Shown: one piece after another, positions 9,237 to 18,800 of the stretch | How the letters are laid out: every line of letters begins with the position of its first letter | How positions within the stretch are numbered: position 1 is the stretch's first letter | Virus record (IMG/VR): IMGVR_UViG_3300017917_001176 | Location: 13,052 to 77,051 of that record | DNA from: a virus | Direction: 5' to 3' (one strand) | DNA: 64,000 bases | Made by a program: the position numbers and the translations under genes | Notes under the pieces: generated by a model | Told to the model about the DNA's origin: nothing | The model's database searches: none | Seen by the model: only the letters and a program-made list of their open reading frames with translations

Positions 9237-10488
9237 CTGCTAACCATTCATGATAGATTTTGCCACGGTGAATATTAATTAATTCATAAGGATCAATTTG
9301 TTCCCGTGGAGCCTGCGCCATGCCAAAACCGCTAAGAACATATTCCCAGGCTTCAGCAGGAAAAATATCAGTTTCTTTGTAGGGTTCAATTGACAGTGTT
9401 TTAAAATGATCCCAATACTCATTGCTGCGCTCTGAATATCTATAGTGTGCAGCAATAAAATTAACAATGGCATCAAAGTTCTCGTTGATCTGTTGATTGT
9501 ATTCTGCCTCAGTTAACTTACCATCAATGTATGCACCAATCTTTTCAATGCTGCTGATGATCAAATAGATGCCTGTGCTTTCCAATGGTTCAATAAAGGT
9601 TGCAGCAAGACCAATGCCAACCACGTTGTCCTGTAGATGCACACGATTGCGACCTGTAATAAAGTTCACTGTGTTAACTTCGGGTGGCTCAACTCCTGTG
9701 TAGTCTTTTACGTGGGCAACAAACTCCTGGTGTACATCAAACCGTTTGTCATGCACATACCCAAATGCTAGCCTATCGCCCAGTGGAATATGCCAGCACC
9801 AACCATGTTCCATTGCCTTAAACATACTGTAGGGCTTGCACTGTTTAGCACGGTCAGTGTACAGTACACGAGTGGTCAATGCGCAATTGTTTGGAATGAT
9901 ATGACTGAAGTCTTCAAAGTTGTTTTCACGTTTGCTTACATGTCTAGCAAAGCCTGTGCTGTCGATCAGTAGATCGTAAGTGCCAGCCAGTTCTTCTTTG
10001 GTTGCAGTCTTACGGATCACTGTTAGATTGGGCATTTCGTGTAAACGTGTGTCTAGATATGCTGCCATTTCAGTTGTGCGGAAATGTGTGGCAATGTCTG
10101 GGTATTGTAAAATCTCATCCGGTATACGTTCTGTTTCAATGATACGATTGATACTAGCGGTATTGTGTTTTCCAATTTCACCAATGCCAAAAGGAAAACT
10201 AAAACGCTCACCAGGTCTGTTGAACCCATCAAACACAATGCCCAACTTTAACGTACCGTTGCAATGCTTGATAATATTTTCGTGTGTGATATCAATGCTT
10301 TTTAAAAAGTGACTGCTCTTGGGCACTAATGCTTCGCCCACGCCAATTGGATCATTCACCTCAGGAAATATCCAGGTGATAGATTTGTCTTTGTAGGTTT
10401 TTGCAAAGTAAAAGGCTGCTAGGTAGCCGCTAGTTCCGCCACCAACGATTGTAATTCTGTTGATGTCTCGATCTTTTTGTAGTGCCAT
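9217..10488 (-). CDS. flavin-dependent halogenase (tryptophan halogenase family)
   Basis: GGGTSG, GVGEA, GTLKLGI.F (catalytic Lys region), WCWHIP (WxWxIP), FIEPLESTG. Confidence 0.88.
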   Translation of the reverse strand: MALQKDRDINRITIVGGGTSGYLAAFYFAKTYKDKSITWIFPEVNDPIGVGEALVPKSSHFLKSIDITHENIIKHCNGTLKLGIVFDGFNRPGERFSFPFGIGEIGKHNTASINRIIETERIPDEILQYPDIATHFRTTEMAAYLDTRLHEMPNLTVIRKTATKEELAGTYDLLIDSTGFARHVSKRENNFEDFSHIIPNNCALTTRVLYTDRAKQCKPYSMFKAMEHGWCWHIPLGDRLAFGYVHDKRFDVHQEFVAHVKDYTGVEPPEVNTVNFITGRNRVHLQDNVVGIGLAATFIEPLESTGIYLIISSIEKIGAYIDGKLTEAEYNQQINENFDAIVNFIAAHYRYSERSNEYWDHFKTLSIEPYKETDIFPAEAWEYVLSGFGMAQAPREQIDPYELINIHRGKIYHEWLADASNLT

Positions 10489-11138
10489 TTTTTGATATCC
10501 TCTGTCATTGATTTTACGCCATGCCCTTTTTGTGTTTTACAAAACACTATGTTAGGAATATTGTCCACCAGGTTAGCAAACGCCTGTCCTAGTTTTTGTT
10601 TGTCGTGTCCATTGACTTCTTGTACCCACCAATGGTAGTGTCTACAAAAGTCTTTAACCGGGTTTACCTTAAGCACGTCAGACACTGTTCCTGTAACCTG
10701 TGCGTTATTGTAGTCCACAGTAACAAATATGTTGCTGATCTGATGATGCCCAATAAACTGTAGTGCTTCCAGCGTATTGCCCATTTGCAGTGTGGCGTCT
10801 GTGATGTTTACCCACACACGTTGCCCAGGGTCTGCTAGTGCGATCCCAATGGCAACACCTAGTGCATTGCCCATGGTTTCTTCACCGTAGTCCACAAACA
10901 ACAACTCGTCGTGCTTGACTCCTACGCTTAAATCTTCTATTGTTCCTAGGTAGCCCAGCTTGCGCCACACTAGATAGTATGCTTGTGAACCAAAAGGCTT
11001 GCCAATAACAATGTGGTCCTTATAAGGTTTCACAATGCCGTCTGTGAACAACACATCCACATAGTCCAGCATGCTCAGGGCACTAGGAATATGACTCAGT
11101 TGCTGCTGATAGGAATATTCTAACAGTTCCTTTTTCAT
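10419..11138 (-). CDS. split transketolase, N-terminal ThDP-binding subunit
   Basis: HIPSALS..D, MGNALGVAIGIAL, variant ThDP motif TDATLQMG...DYNN, VNGHD, TQKGHG, KWHY. Confidence 0.8.
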   Translation of the reverse strand: MKKELLEYSYQQQLSHIPSALSMLDYVDVLFTDGIVKPYKDHIVIGKPFGSQAYYLVWRKLGYLGTIEDLSVGVKHDELLFVDYGEETMGNALGVAIGIALADPGQRVWVNITDATLQMGNTLEALQFIGHHQISNIFVTVDYNNAQVTGTVSDVLKVNPVKDFCRHYHWWVQEVNGHDKQKLGQAFANLVDNIPNIVFCKTQKGHGVKSMTEDIKKWHYKKIETSTELQSLVAELAAT

Positions 11139-11851
11139 ACAAACAACTCCTTGGGCAAATTACCATTCATCATTCTAATGCTGATCTGTTCTCGCTGTAC
11201 GTCAAATTTACCAAACTGAAAAACTCGTTCAGGAGTATCACCGTTCATTATGTACTTGGGTACTTCGTAACTCCACCGCCAGCTGTTCCAAATTGGATAT
11301 AACATTTTGATTTCATTGTTAACAAATCCGTAGTAGGAAACATCGTTCACTGGAAACAGATATAATCGAACGCCATCACGCCAGGTGTACTCTTTTGTTT
11401 TAGCATACAGTTGACTGAAACGATGTGCTGCCACTGCGGTTAACTGTGCAGGTGTTGCCTGCTGTTCTAGATTTGTATAGTAGATAAAATTATCATCTTC
11501 GTATTCAATTGGCGGCATGATATCAAATTCGTCACTGCGAGTGATCTGCTCAAAACGATTGATTATAAGAGCTCGCTGCTCGAGGTCCAGCGCATCACCA
11601 AACTCTGCTGGTAGTACTCTATTCCATCCAGACTGCATTCTAGCAAAGTATTCTGGATTGTGTTGATTGATTAAATGTATGTACTTGAATGTAAAATTAA
11701 TTGACCGTGGAACAATTACCTGCTGCGCTGTTCTAAAATGAAAATGATAATAACTGTTGTTGCGTTTGGCTTCCTCTACCGTTGCATCAGGTAACAAGGA
11801 AGCCAATTGTTCAAACGTTTGAACTAGAAAGTAATTGTCCTGATCAAACAT
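11135..11851 (-). CDS. hypothetical protein in modification cluster
   Basis: 238-aa ORF coupled to both neighbours. Confidence 0.65.
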   Translation of the reverse strand: MFDQDNYFLVQTFEQLASLLPDATVEEAKRNNSYYHFHFRTAQQVIVPRSINFTFKYIHLINQHNPEYFARMQSGWNRVLPAEFGDALDLEQRALIINRFEQITRSDEFDIMPPIEYEDDNFIYYTNLEQQATPAQLTAVAAHRFSQLYAKTKEYTWRDGVRLYLFPVNDVSYYGFVNNEIKMLYPIWNSWRWSYEVPKYIMNGDTPERVFQFGKFDVQREQISIRMMNGNLPKELFV

Positions 11852-12939
11852 TATTCTTTTACGTGTCGGCTTAGGTAGAAGTCACCGCCGCAGTAGTCCC
11901 AGCGACAAGTGGTTCCTGTTTTATACAAGATAGACAATTTTGTTACGGCTAACTTGTCATGCACTAAATTTGTATACGGCGTCTCGGGCTGACTTTCGCG
12001 AATGAAGTTGGTCATGTGTATTCCACAATGAAAAACATTGCCATCACCGTTGATAGTAATTGATTCCTGCCCAGCAGCACACTGCCACCCACGAGCATCT
12101 ACGCCCAATTTAAACAAGTCGTTGGTTGTGTATATCTTACCATCAATGTCGTACCGCTGCTCTGTCTTGTTATTTTCTTTATAAAACTCCATGTGCTTCG
12201 CCGCAACATCTTCTGGATACACATAGTGACAGAACCCGTATATCATTTCGCAATTTACTATCTTGTCGTAGGTAAGGTAATACTTAACTCTCTCGTAGAA
12301 TTCTTCTGGAACTATCTTGATTATTTTGCCCTGATGCCAACGATCACCTCGTTCAACATTCTCCATCATGACATCCATGTTGTGTATCTCTACACCCAGT
12401 TCTTTTAAAACTTCCCAATTGTGGTCAAAGTTCTTGAGTTTGTTCAATCTCTTTAATTCAAGATAGTGAAAGCTGGCATTAAACTGATCGCAATACGGCA
12501 ACATCTCACGCAACTTATCTTCGCCAATGGTGAGATTGGTTTGCATTTCGTTGTATGCCTTAATATCTGTTTCTTTGCCCTTTTGATGTATGTACTTTAG
12601 AATGTCTAAGCAACGAGGATGTCTAGTAGGTTCCCCGCCGTGATAATAAAATAGCACAGACTTAAATTGTTGTTTGACAAAAAATTCAAATAGTCTATCT
12701 ATGGTTGTTATTATATCTTGATATTCATAGTGTCTACCGCTGTGCCAGTGACAGTAGTTGCATTTTAGATCACACGCTTCAGTTATACGAAACGTAACCA
12801 TGTACTGATATTCAACTCCGCCGCTTTGTTCAGCGGGAGACAAGACTTTATAGTGATGCTGAGGAACGATCTGCCCAACTTGCATATCCTCTTTATCTCT
12901 AATAACTTTGATTTTGCCTAGTTTATCTTTCATGGTCAT
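11851..12939 (-). CDS. radical SAM enzyme with C-terminal Twitch-like Cys motif
   Basis: CDLKCNYC, HGGEPT, ASFH, C-terminal CAAG...C...CRWDYC. Confidence 0.9.
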   Translation of the reverse strand: MTMKDKLGKIKVIRDKEDMQVGQIVPQHHYKVLSPAEQSGGVEYQYMVTFRITEACDLKCNYCHWHSGRHYEYQDIITTIDRLFEFFVKQQFKSVLFYYHGGEPTRHPRCLDILKYIHQKGKETDIKAYNEMQTNLTIGEDKLREMLPYCDQFNASFHYLELKRLNKLKNFDHNWEVLKELGVEIHNMDVMMENVERGDRWHQGKIIKIVPEEFYERVKYYLTYDKIVNCEMIYGFCHYVYPEDVAAKHMEFYKENNKTEQRYDIDGKIYTTNDLFKLGVDARGWQCAAGQESITINGDGNVFHCGIHMTNFIRESQPETPYTNLVHDKLAVTKLSILYKTGTTCRWDYCGGDFYLSRHVKE

Positions 12940-13762
12940 CCATTATACTACGTTTGCTTTGCGCAGTCAAGCTACGATTAATGAATCGCATGAGCTCACC
13001 GTAATATTGATTGTCATCCATTTCACGACCAGTAATTTTAAAACTGGTCACACCCATATCTATTAGACGTCGCATGTTATCGGGTTTGATGTCCATGCAA
13101 TCGTGCTTGCTGTCTTTACTATAGTCAAATTTTGGAATCCAGCATTCTTCAACTTCTCTTGAATAAGGGTTGCCCGCTGTGTTTTCGTCTGCAATGGCTT
13201 TGAAGTGCTGATCCCAATACTTGCACCCATACACACAGGTATCGTTTAACATCACTTCCCATTTGGTTGCATCCAGTTCGTTGCTGCGAGGATCAAAGAT
13301 ATGTTCAAATCTTGGCACTATCCAATCGTAGTCCTGCTCCAACTGTTTGTAAAATGCAATGTCACTGTCCTGTAGTGGAATGTTCAACAGGCCCATGCCT
13401 GTGATACTGTAGATCAAATCATAGTCGGGATAGTGAGTGCGCACATACTTGCGCAGATCTTCATTCACAATGATCAGTGCGTTGCCCTTGCGATGAAACT
13501 TTTCCAACAGTTGATTGCCCAGTTCATCTGTTAGGTCTATCTTGTAGTTGCTCATGGTCAGTGCAATGCTTATGCCCTTGCTGTAGTAGAACTCCATGAG
13601 TCCTTCGTTGTAGTACACACTGCGATTGATACGGCCACCATTCCAACGGCATTTGTTTATGCCATCGTACACAACCAGCTGAGTGTTGTCCACCAATTGG
13701 TTGCTCAAAAACTTTATGATTGGCACGCTCTTACTAAAGGCACCAGCGATTAAATATCTCAT
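12923..13762 (-). CDS. peptidase U32-like (Fe-S hydroxylase-type) protein
   Basis: EVMLNDTCVYGC...H...C cluster and SFKITGR (cf. U32 SLKIEGR); start revised to ATG 13762. Confidence 0.65.
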   Translation of the reverse strand: MRYLIAGAFSKSVPIIKFLSNQLVDNTQLVVYDGINKCRWNGGRINRSVYYNEGLMEFYYSKGISIALTMSNYKIDLTDELGNQLLEKFHRKGNALIIVNEDLRKYVRTHYPDYDLIYSITGMGLLNIPLQDSDIAFYKQLEQDYDWIVPRFEHIFDPRSNELDATKWEVMLNDTCVYGCKYWDQHFKAIADENTAGNPYSREVEECWIPKFDYSKDSKHDCMDIKPDNMRRLIDMGVTSFKITGREMDDNQYYGELMRFINRSLTAQSKRSIMDDHER

Positions 13763-14697
13763 TTTAAATTTTCTTTGGGAAAGTTGAACATATTCTCGCA
13801 TTTGCAGCAGTCCAACGGGCAAACTTCTTGTTGTATAAAATCCACTGCCTTGGGCATCAGCTTCCCAACCTTGCGTCCTGTACAGATATTTTCAATCTCT
13901 CCGTTTACACTGATTTCGTAAAACAACGGGGTACAGGTAAATCCTTTGAACCGATCGAATCGTTTCTCATAGATTTGAAAATCATTTAGATACTCTACTG
14001 TGCCATCGTTGAATTCATATTTATGAGTTAAATTGATGTGACTGGCTCTTTGCGACATGTCAGCAAATGACCAATCCAACTCAGACTGAAACAGCTCGTA
14101 AAATTCTTTGGAGTAGGCCGATGTCCAATGGCTAGTGTCTGACAGAATCTGCAAACTATAATTGACTCCATTTTCTTTCAGTAGTTTAATTCGTTCCAAC
14201 GTAACGGGCCAATGTTTGCTTTCGTCGCTCATGATCAGCGTGACAGAAAACTTTATGTACTGTGAGTCTTTGAGTGACAATGCTTTGTCTATAAACTTGT
14301 TGTCTACAAAGTCAGGGTGCAAGGATGCTGCAATTTCAACACCCGTTAACTCTGGCCTATCTAATTTTTTGTAATAGTTTAAACTGCGAGATAAGTTTGT
14401 AGCAACCAGTACACCTTTACAGTGCGGAATACTTTTTACTTCTAACAGTATGTCTGCCATCTTAGGATGCAGTGTAGGTTCACCGCCTACCATGTCTATT
14501 TCAAAATCTGTGTCTAATTTTTTCAATCTAGCCAGAGTGAACTTGTACTGGCTCATGCTGTCTTCGTGTTGCCAATTCTCTGTCATCTTGCCAGCACTGG
14601 CACAATAGTTACAGCTGAAGTTACACCAATTGGTTAGATACCAACTGAAGTGTATGGTTTTGTATTCAGGATTGCCTGCACGAATTATTGAGCGCAT
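13759..14697 (-). CDS. radical SAM enzyme (paralogue family A)
   Basis: CNFSCNYC, GGEPTLHP, TNLSR, SLHP, C-terminal C..C..CPLDCCKC; AAGGAGG RBS before ATG 14697. Confidence 0.9.
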   Translation of the reverse strand: MRSIIRAGNPEYKTIHFSWYLTNWCNFSCNYCASAGKMTENWQHEDSMSQYKFTLARLKKLDTDFEIDMVGGEPTLHPKMADILLEVKSIPHCKGVLVATNLSRSLNYYKKLDRPELTGVEIAASLHPDFVDNKFIDKALSLKDSQYIKFSVTLIMSDESKHWPVTLERIKLLKENGVNYSLQILSDTSHWTSAYSKEFYELFQSELDWSFADMSQRASHINLTHKYEFNDGTVEYLNDFQIYEKRFDRFKGFTCTPLFYEISVNGEIENICTGRKVGKLMPKAVDFIQQEVCPLDCCKCENMFNFPKENLK

Positions 14698-15590
14698 GGT
14701 GCCTCCTTGTAAAAATTCAGCATGCTTTCGCACACACAACAATCTCTAGGACAGCTGACCTTGCGCAGCAGTTGTTCCTGTTTTAAAAACAAACCATTGA
14801 ATCTTTGTCCTGTGCAGGTGTTGGCCACAGTGCCATCGAAGTATATTTCAAAGAACTGCGGAGTACAGGTGTACCCAGTTAGTCTGTGTAGGTTTTGATT
14901 GTACACTTCCAGACTGCTCAACTGCTGTGGTCCGCTATCAAACTCATATGAGAATCTAGCATCTGCTGGTGTCTCAAACTGTTGAAACAAAGCAAAACAT
15001 TCTGGCGTGTAATCGGGTGTCCAGTCTGTGCTTTCGTGTAACCAATGCAGTCCGTAGCTGATGTTGCGACTGGACAATTGTTCAATCAATTCCAGCGTGA
15101 CAGGCCAGTGTGCTGGGTCATCTGATATGTTCACACTCACGCGAATATTTAGATGCTGCATGCGATTAATGGCATCAGCTTTTTCTATAAAGTCTTGATT
15201 GTAATATTCAGGATGAAAACTAGCAGTCACAGTCATGCGACTCAATGACGCTTGATCCAAGTCTGAAAAGTAACTTAGTGGTCTGGATAGATTGGTGAAC
15301 AATTCAATTCGTTGGCAAAGCTCAATGCTGCACAGTTCAGTTAGTATCTCTGTCAACTGCGGATGCAGTGTAGGCTCGCCGCCTAGCAGTTCAATTTCAA
15401 AGGGTGCGTCAAACTTTTTCAGTTTGGTCAGTGTTAGTTTGTAGTTGCTTGAGCTTTGTTCTTTTTGCCATTTGTCTACCATGACCAATTGTTCATAGCA
15501 ATAGCTGCACTGGTAATTGCACCAATTGGTCAAGGTCCATGCAAAATGGAACTTGTTGTATTCAGGATTGCCTGCACGTAGTATCTGCAT
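14685..15590 (-). CDS. radical SAM enzyme (paralogue family A)
   Basis: CNYQCSYC, GGEPTLHP, TNLSR, SFHP, CPRDCCVC; start taken at MQILRAG. Confidence 0.9.
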   Translation of the reverse strand: MQILRAGNPEYNKFHFAWTLTNWCNYQCSYCYEQLVMVDKWQKEQSSSNYKLTLTKLKKFDAPFEIELLGGEPTLHPQLTEILTELCSIELCQRIELFTNLSRPLSYFSDLDQASLSRMTVTASFHPEYYNQDFIEKADAINRMQHLNIRVSVNISDDPAHWPVTLELIEQLSSRNISYGLHWLHESTDWTPDYTPECFALFQQFETPADARFSYEFDSGPQQLSSLEVYNQNLHRLTGYTCTPQFFEIYFDGTVANTCTGQRFNGLFLKQEQLLRKVSCPRDCCVCESMLNFYKEAPCAQ

Positions 15591-16345
15591 CACATCAAAA
15601 AGCACTTGTCATGGTTGCAAATACCATTGTGCTTTTCCCTATAGCAACAGTTGTACAGCTCTAAATTAGGACCATATAAAAAGTACTTGTCATTGTACAA
15701 ACATGGTTTGCCCCGCGGACTAAATTCTGGATCGTCCCAGAGCTCTGATCTATCTTTGCCCAATCGTTTGACTTCTTCAAAACGCACCAACTTTTGATAC
15801 GCAGGATCCTTGCGCATTTTATTGTACAACGCAGTAGACCAATTGCTCACTCCATCACCAAAGTCAGCGATAGGAGTCAGAAACACGTTCACATCAGGGT
15901 GTACCAACTCTTTGATTTTGAAATAGTAGATCAATGCTTCCTTGCCTGTGAACATAACATCAATGGTTCTTATGGTAGCTGTAACGCTGGACAGCACATC
16001 CATGAATTCTTCAACTGACACTTCAGTTGGATGCACACTGACCTGCAACAGGTACGGGTCTGTGATTGTTTTCATCACCCGAGCACTGTGCGCAGACAGG
16101 TTGGTTTGTATTACAAAAGGTATAGAAAACTCATTGAAGCATTGTATGATCCACTGAATGTCTGGATGAACAAATGGTTCGCCACCAAACACAAAAACTT
16201 CCACACCAGGGTATTGCTCTCCAAGGCCGCGCACAAAGTCACGCACCACATCACGATCCAGAACTGGATGTATGGTTTTATCTAGGTTCGTGCAATACAC
16301 ACATGAGTAATTGCACTTGAGTGTAATTTCCCATTCAACCTGCAT
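15590..16345 (-). CDS. radical SAM enzyme
   Basis: CNYSCVYC, GGEPFVHP, SVHP, C-terminal C..CC..C...C. Confidence 0.9.
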   Translation of the reverse strand: MQVEWEITLKCNYSCVYCTNLDKTIHPVLDRDVVRDFVRGLGEQYPGVEVFVFGGEPFVHPDIQWIIQCFNEFSIPFVIQTNLSAHSARVMKTITDPYLLQVSVHPTEVSVEEFMDVLSSVTATIRTIDVMFTGKEALIYYFKIKELVHPDVNVFLTPIADFGDGVSNWSTALYNKMRKDPAYQKLVRFEEVKRLGKDRSELWDDPEFSPRGKPCLYNDKYFLYGPNLELYNCCYREKHNGICNHDKCFLM

Positions 16346-17240
16346 CTTTTACCTTTAGCTGTTTGAGCAAGCCATCGCAGTTGCATGCCCGATGTGGACA
16401 TATCATTGGAACTGTTTTTGTAATGTTCTTAAAGAAGTCAGGTTGTTGCAATAGGTTAACGTGATTGCATTTATCTAAACAAAACTTAACCACGTTACCA
16501 TTGACATCAATTTCGTAATTGTTGTTATAGCAACTCCACCCTTGGAAATTGGTTAGTTTGTCACGGAACACTATGAAGTCATTGAACAACTGATCGTCGT
16601 ACACTAGATCCTTCTCATAGTGTTCAAGAAAAGCAAAGTATTCCCAGAAGTCCTTGCGATAGTTGAACAGTTTGCTGATACTGTTACCGTATAGAAAGTG
16701 CGGATGTATCTTGAGTCCATCTATACCCTCACAGATATCAAACATTTCTTTAATCAAAGGCCATAGCTTCTTATCATGATGCAACATGATGTTGACTTTG
16801 CACTGATACCCGCGACTGATCATTAACTTCATGTTGGCAATAAACCGTTCACGATTGGTACAGTCTGCAGGATGATAACTGAACAAAAAGGCCAACCCTG
16901 GATAGTCAGGATGATCTGTAAAATCTTTTTCTGCATTGGTTACCACGTACACACGATTGTATGTGGGCAACTGAGTTATCTGTTCCAGTATGTAATGATA
17001 GTATGGACCAAGAGTAGGCTCACCACCTAGCAGTCCTAGGTTAAAGCTCAGGCTACTGCGGCGCAAGGATTCCACAACACCATCAATGATTTCTTTGCTG
17101 CTCAACTTGCCCCATTCTTTACCGTATTCATTTCTAGCATAGCAGTAGGAACATTGCAGTTGACAAATGGTCAGGCTGTCCCAATGCACATTTATGTGAT
17201 CTGGGTTCTGCTGAATGTGATGTTGTCTACTGTAGTTCAT
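16335..17240 (-). CDS. radical SAM enzyme
   Basis: CQLQCSYC, GGEPT, SYHP, CPHRACNC; start taken at ATG 17240 (ATGA coupling). Confidence 0.9.
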   Translation of the reverse strand: MNYSRQHHIQQNPDHINVHWDSLTICQLQCSYCYARNEYGKEWGKLSSKEIIDGVVESLRRSSLSFNLGLLGGEPTLGPYYHYILEQITQLPTYNRVYVVTNAEKDFTDHPDYPGLAFLFSYHPADCTNRERFIANMKLMISRGYQCKVNIMLHHDKKLWPLIKEMFDICEGIDGLKIHPHFLYGNSISKLFNYRKDFWEYFAFLEHYEKDLVYDDQLFNDFIVFRDKLTNFQGWSCYNNNYEIDVNGNVVKFCLDKCNHVNLLQQPDFFKNITKTVPMICPHRACNCDGLLKQLKVKDAG

Positions 17241-18154
17241 AATTTCTTTTTTGGAAACTCTAATGTTTGTTTGCTCAAGCATACTTCACGTGGGCAGATT
17301 TCTTTTCTAACCAAATTGTTATCGCCCAAACTCAGTCCCACTTCTCTATTGGTACATAGATTAGTTATCACTCCTTCGCGGCTGATTGAGTAATAAACCG
17401 GAGTGCATTCATAACCCTGGAATTTATTCCAATGGTTTATTTCTATTTCGTGGTCTTTGAGCATGGCGTGGGTGCCATCTTCAAACTCCACTGGAATCTC
17501 AAAAGGATGATCTGTGTCATCAAAGTACTGCCCGAACCTCTCATGAAATTCTGATGTATAATTGGCAGTGAAGTTTTGATTGCTGATCAAGAGATTCAAA
17601 CGTGTTTTTACTTTTTTCTCCAGCAAACGCTCAATTACCAACTGTGTGCTATCCCAGGTGTCGGGTTGATCTTTAAGATTCAACTGTACCACAAACTCGC
17701 GACAGTGTTGATGCAGCTCAATGGCTTTTTCTAAAAACTTGTCCTTGTAGTACTCTGGATGATATGCTGCCATGATCAGCAACTTGTTTTCATTGAACTT
17801 GTTGAGCACGTTCAATGCTTCTACTTGTTTATAGAAGTCCACGCTGCGTGACAGGTTGGTCATCACTGCTATCTGTACACAGTTGTCTATAGCAGACATC
17901 TTGTTAACAATATCCAAGAACTGTGGGTGTAGTGTGGGCTCGCCACCGCTTAGGCACATCTGAAAGTTTCTTTGCACTGTGCCCAATCTAGCCAGGACCA
18001 TTTTGTAATCAGCATGTCTGGGCTGTGTGAAGTCATTGGTTACCACGTGCAGCACTGGACAATAGCTGCACTTGTAATTGCACCAGTCAGTCAGGTGCCA
18101 TGCAAATTCAATGCGTTGAAAGTTTGGATCGCCGCAGCTCTTAATTGGATTCAT
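17237..18154 (-). CDS. radical SAM enzyme (paralogue family A)
   Basis: CNYKCSYC, GGEPTLHP, TNLSR, AYHP, CPREVC. Confidence 0.9.
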   Translation of the reverse strand: MNPIKSCGDPNFQRIEFAWHLTDWCNYKCSYCPVLHVVTNDFTQPRHADYKMVLARLGTVQRNFQMCLSGGEPTLHPQFLDIVNKMSAIDNCVQIAVMTNLSRSVDFYKQVEALNVLNKFNENKLLIMAAYHPEYYKDKFLEKAIELHQHCREFVVQLNLKDQPDTWDSTQLVIERLLEKKVKTRLNLLISNQNFTANYTSEFHERFGQYFDDTDHPFEIPVEFEDGTHAMLKDHEIEINHWNKFQGYECTPVYYSISREGVITNLCTNREVGLSLGDNNLVRKEICPREVCLSKQTLEFPKKKL

Positions 18155-18800
18155 GTAAAAAGTCCATGGATGCTGTGGTGTTCACTGAGCTGTTGCTGTC
18201 CGGAAAGGATATGTTATCGCCACCGTCTGTGGTTTGAAAGTACAGTACCCGGTTAGTAGTGCGTATGAGTTTGCTACGTGCTGCTGAGTGCATGACCAGA
18301 GCAATGTCGTTGTGAATGTTGTTGTCCATTGGAAATGCGAAATCCACAATAGTACTCTTTTTAAATATATGCTGCCCCAATTGCAAACGCTCCAGATCCA
18401 GTTGCAGACAAAACTCTCGCGCATCAGTCCACAATTGCTCTTGGTGCATGCTCAAACATTTGACCCAATTTGGCTGTTGTGCTGGCATGTAATTGCCAAC
18501 TATGAGATCTGCGTTCAGCTCTAGCTTGTTAAAGAAGTCTGCAGACACATAGTCATCATCTTCAAGATAGTACACATACTCGCCTGTGGCCTGTTGCAAC
18601 AAAAATTCATATATCATGCTCAAGTTGTCAAACTTCTGATAATGGTACTGTACCCGGGCATGAGGTATTTCCACAATGTCGTTGCTGTCATTGTTCACAA
18701 TAACTTCAACGTCAGTAGGCAATTGTCTTAGCACACTGTTTAGACAACGTTGGAATAGATCAGGACGCTGATGCGTCAATATCAAAATGCTCAGTTTCAT
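18141..18800 (-). CDS. glycosyltransferase family 2
   Basis: LSILILT..R, ATGEYVYYLEDDD (DxD motif). Confidence 0.85.
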   Translation of the reverse strand: MKLSILILTHQRPDLFQRCLNSVLRQLPTDVEVIVNNDSNDIVEIPHARVQYHYQKFDNLSMIYEFLLQQATGEYVYYLEDDDYVSADFFNKLELNADLIVGNYMPAQQPNWVKCLSMHQEQLWTDAREFCLQLDLERLQLGQHIFKKSTIVDFAFPMDNNIHNDIALVMHSAARSKLIRTTNRVLYFQTTDGGDNISFPDSNSSVNTTASMDFLHESN

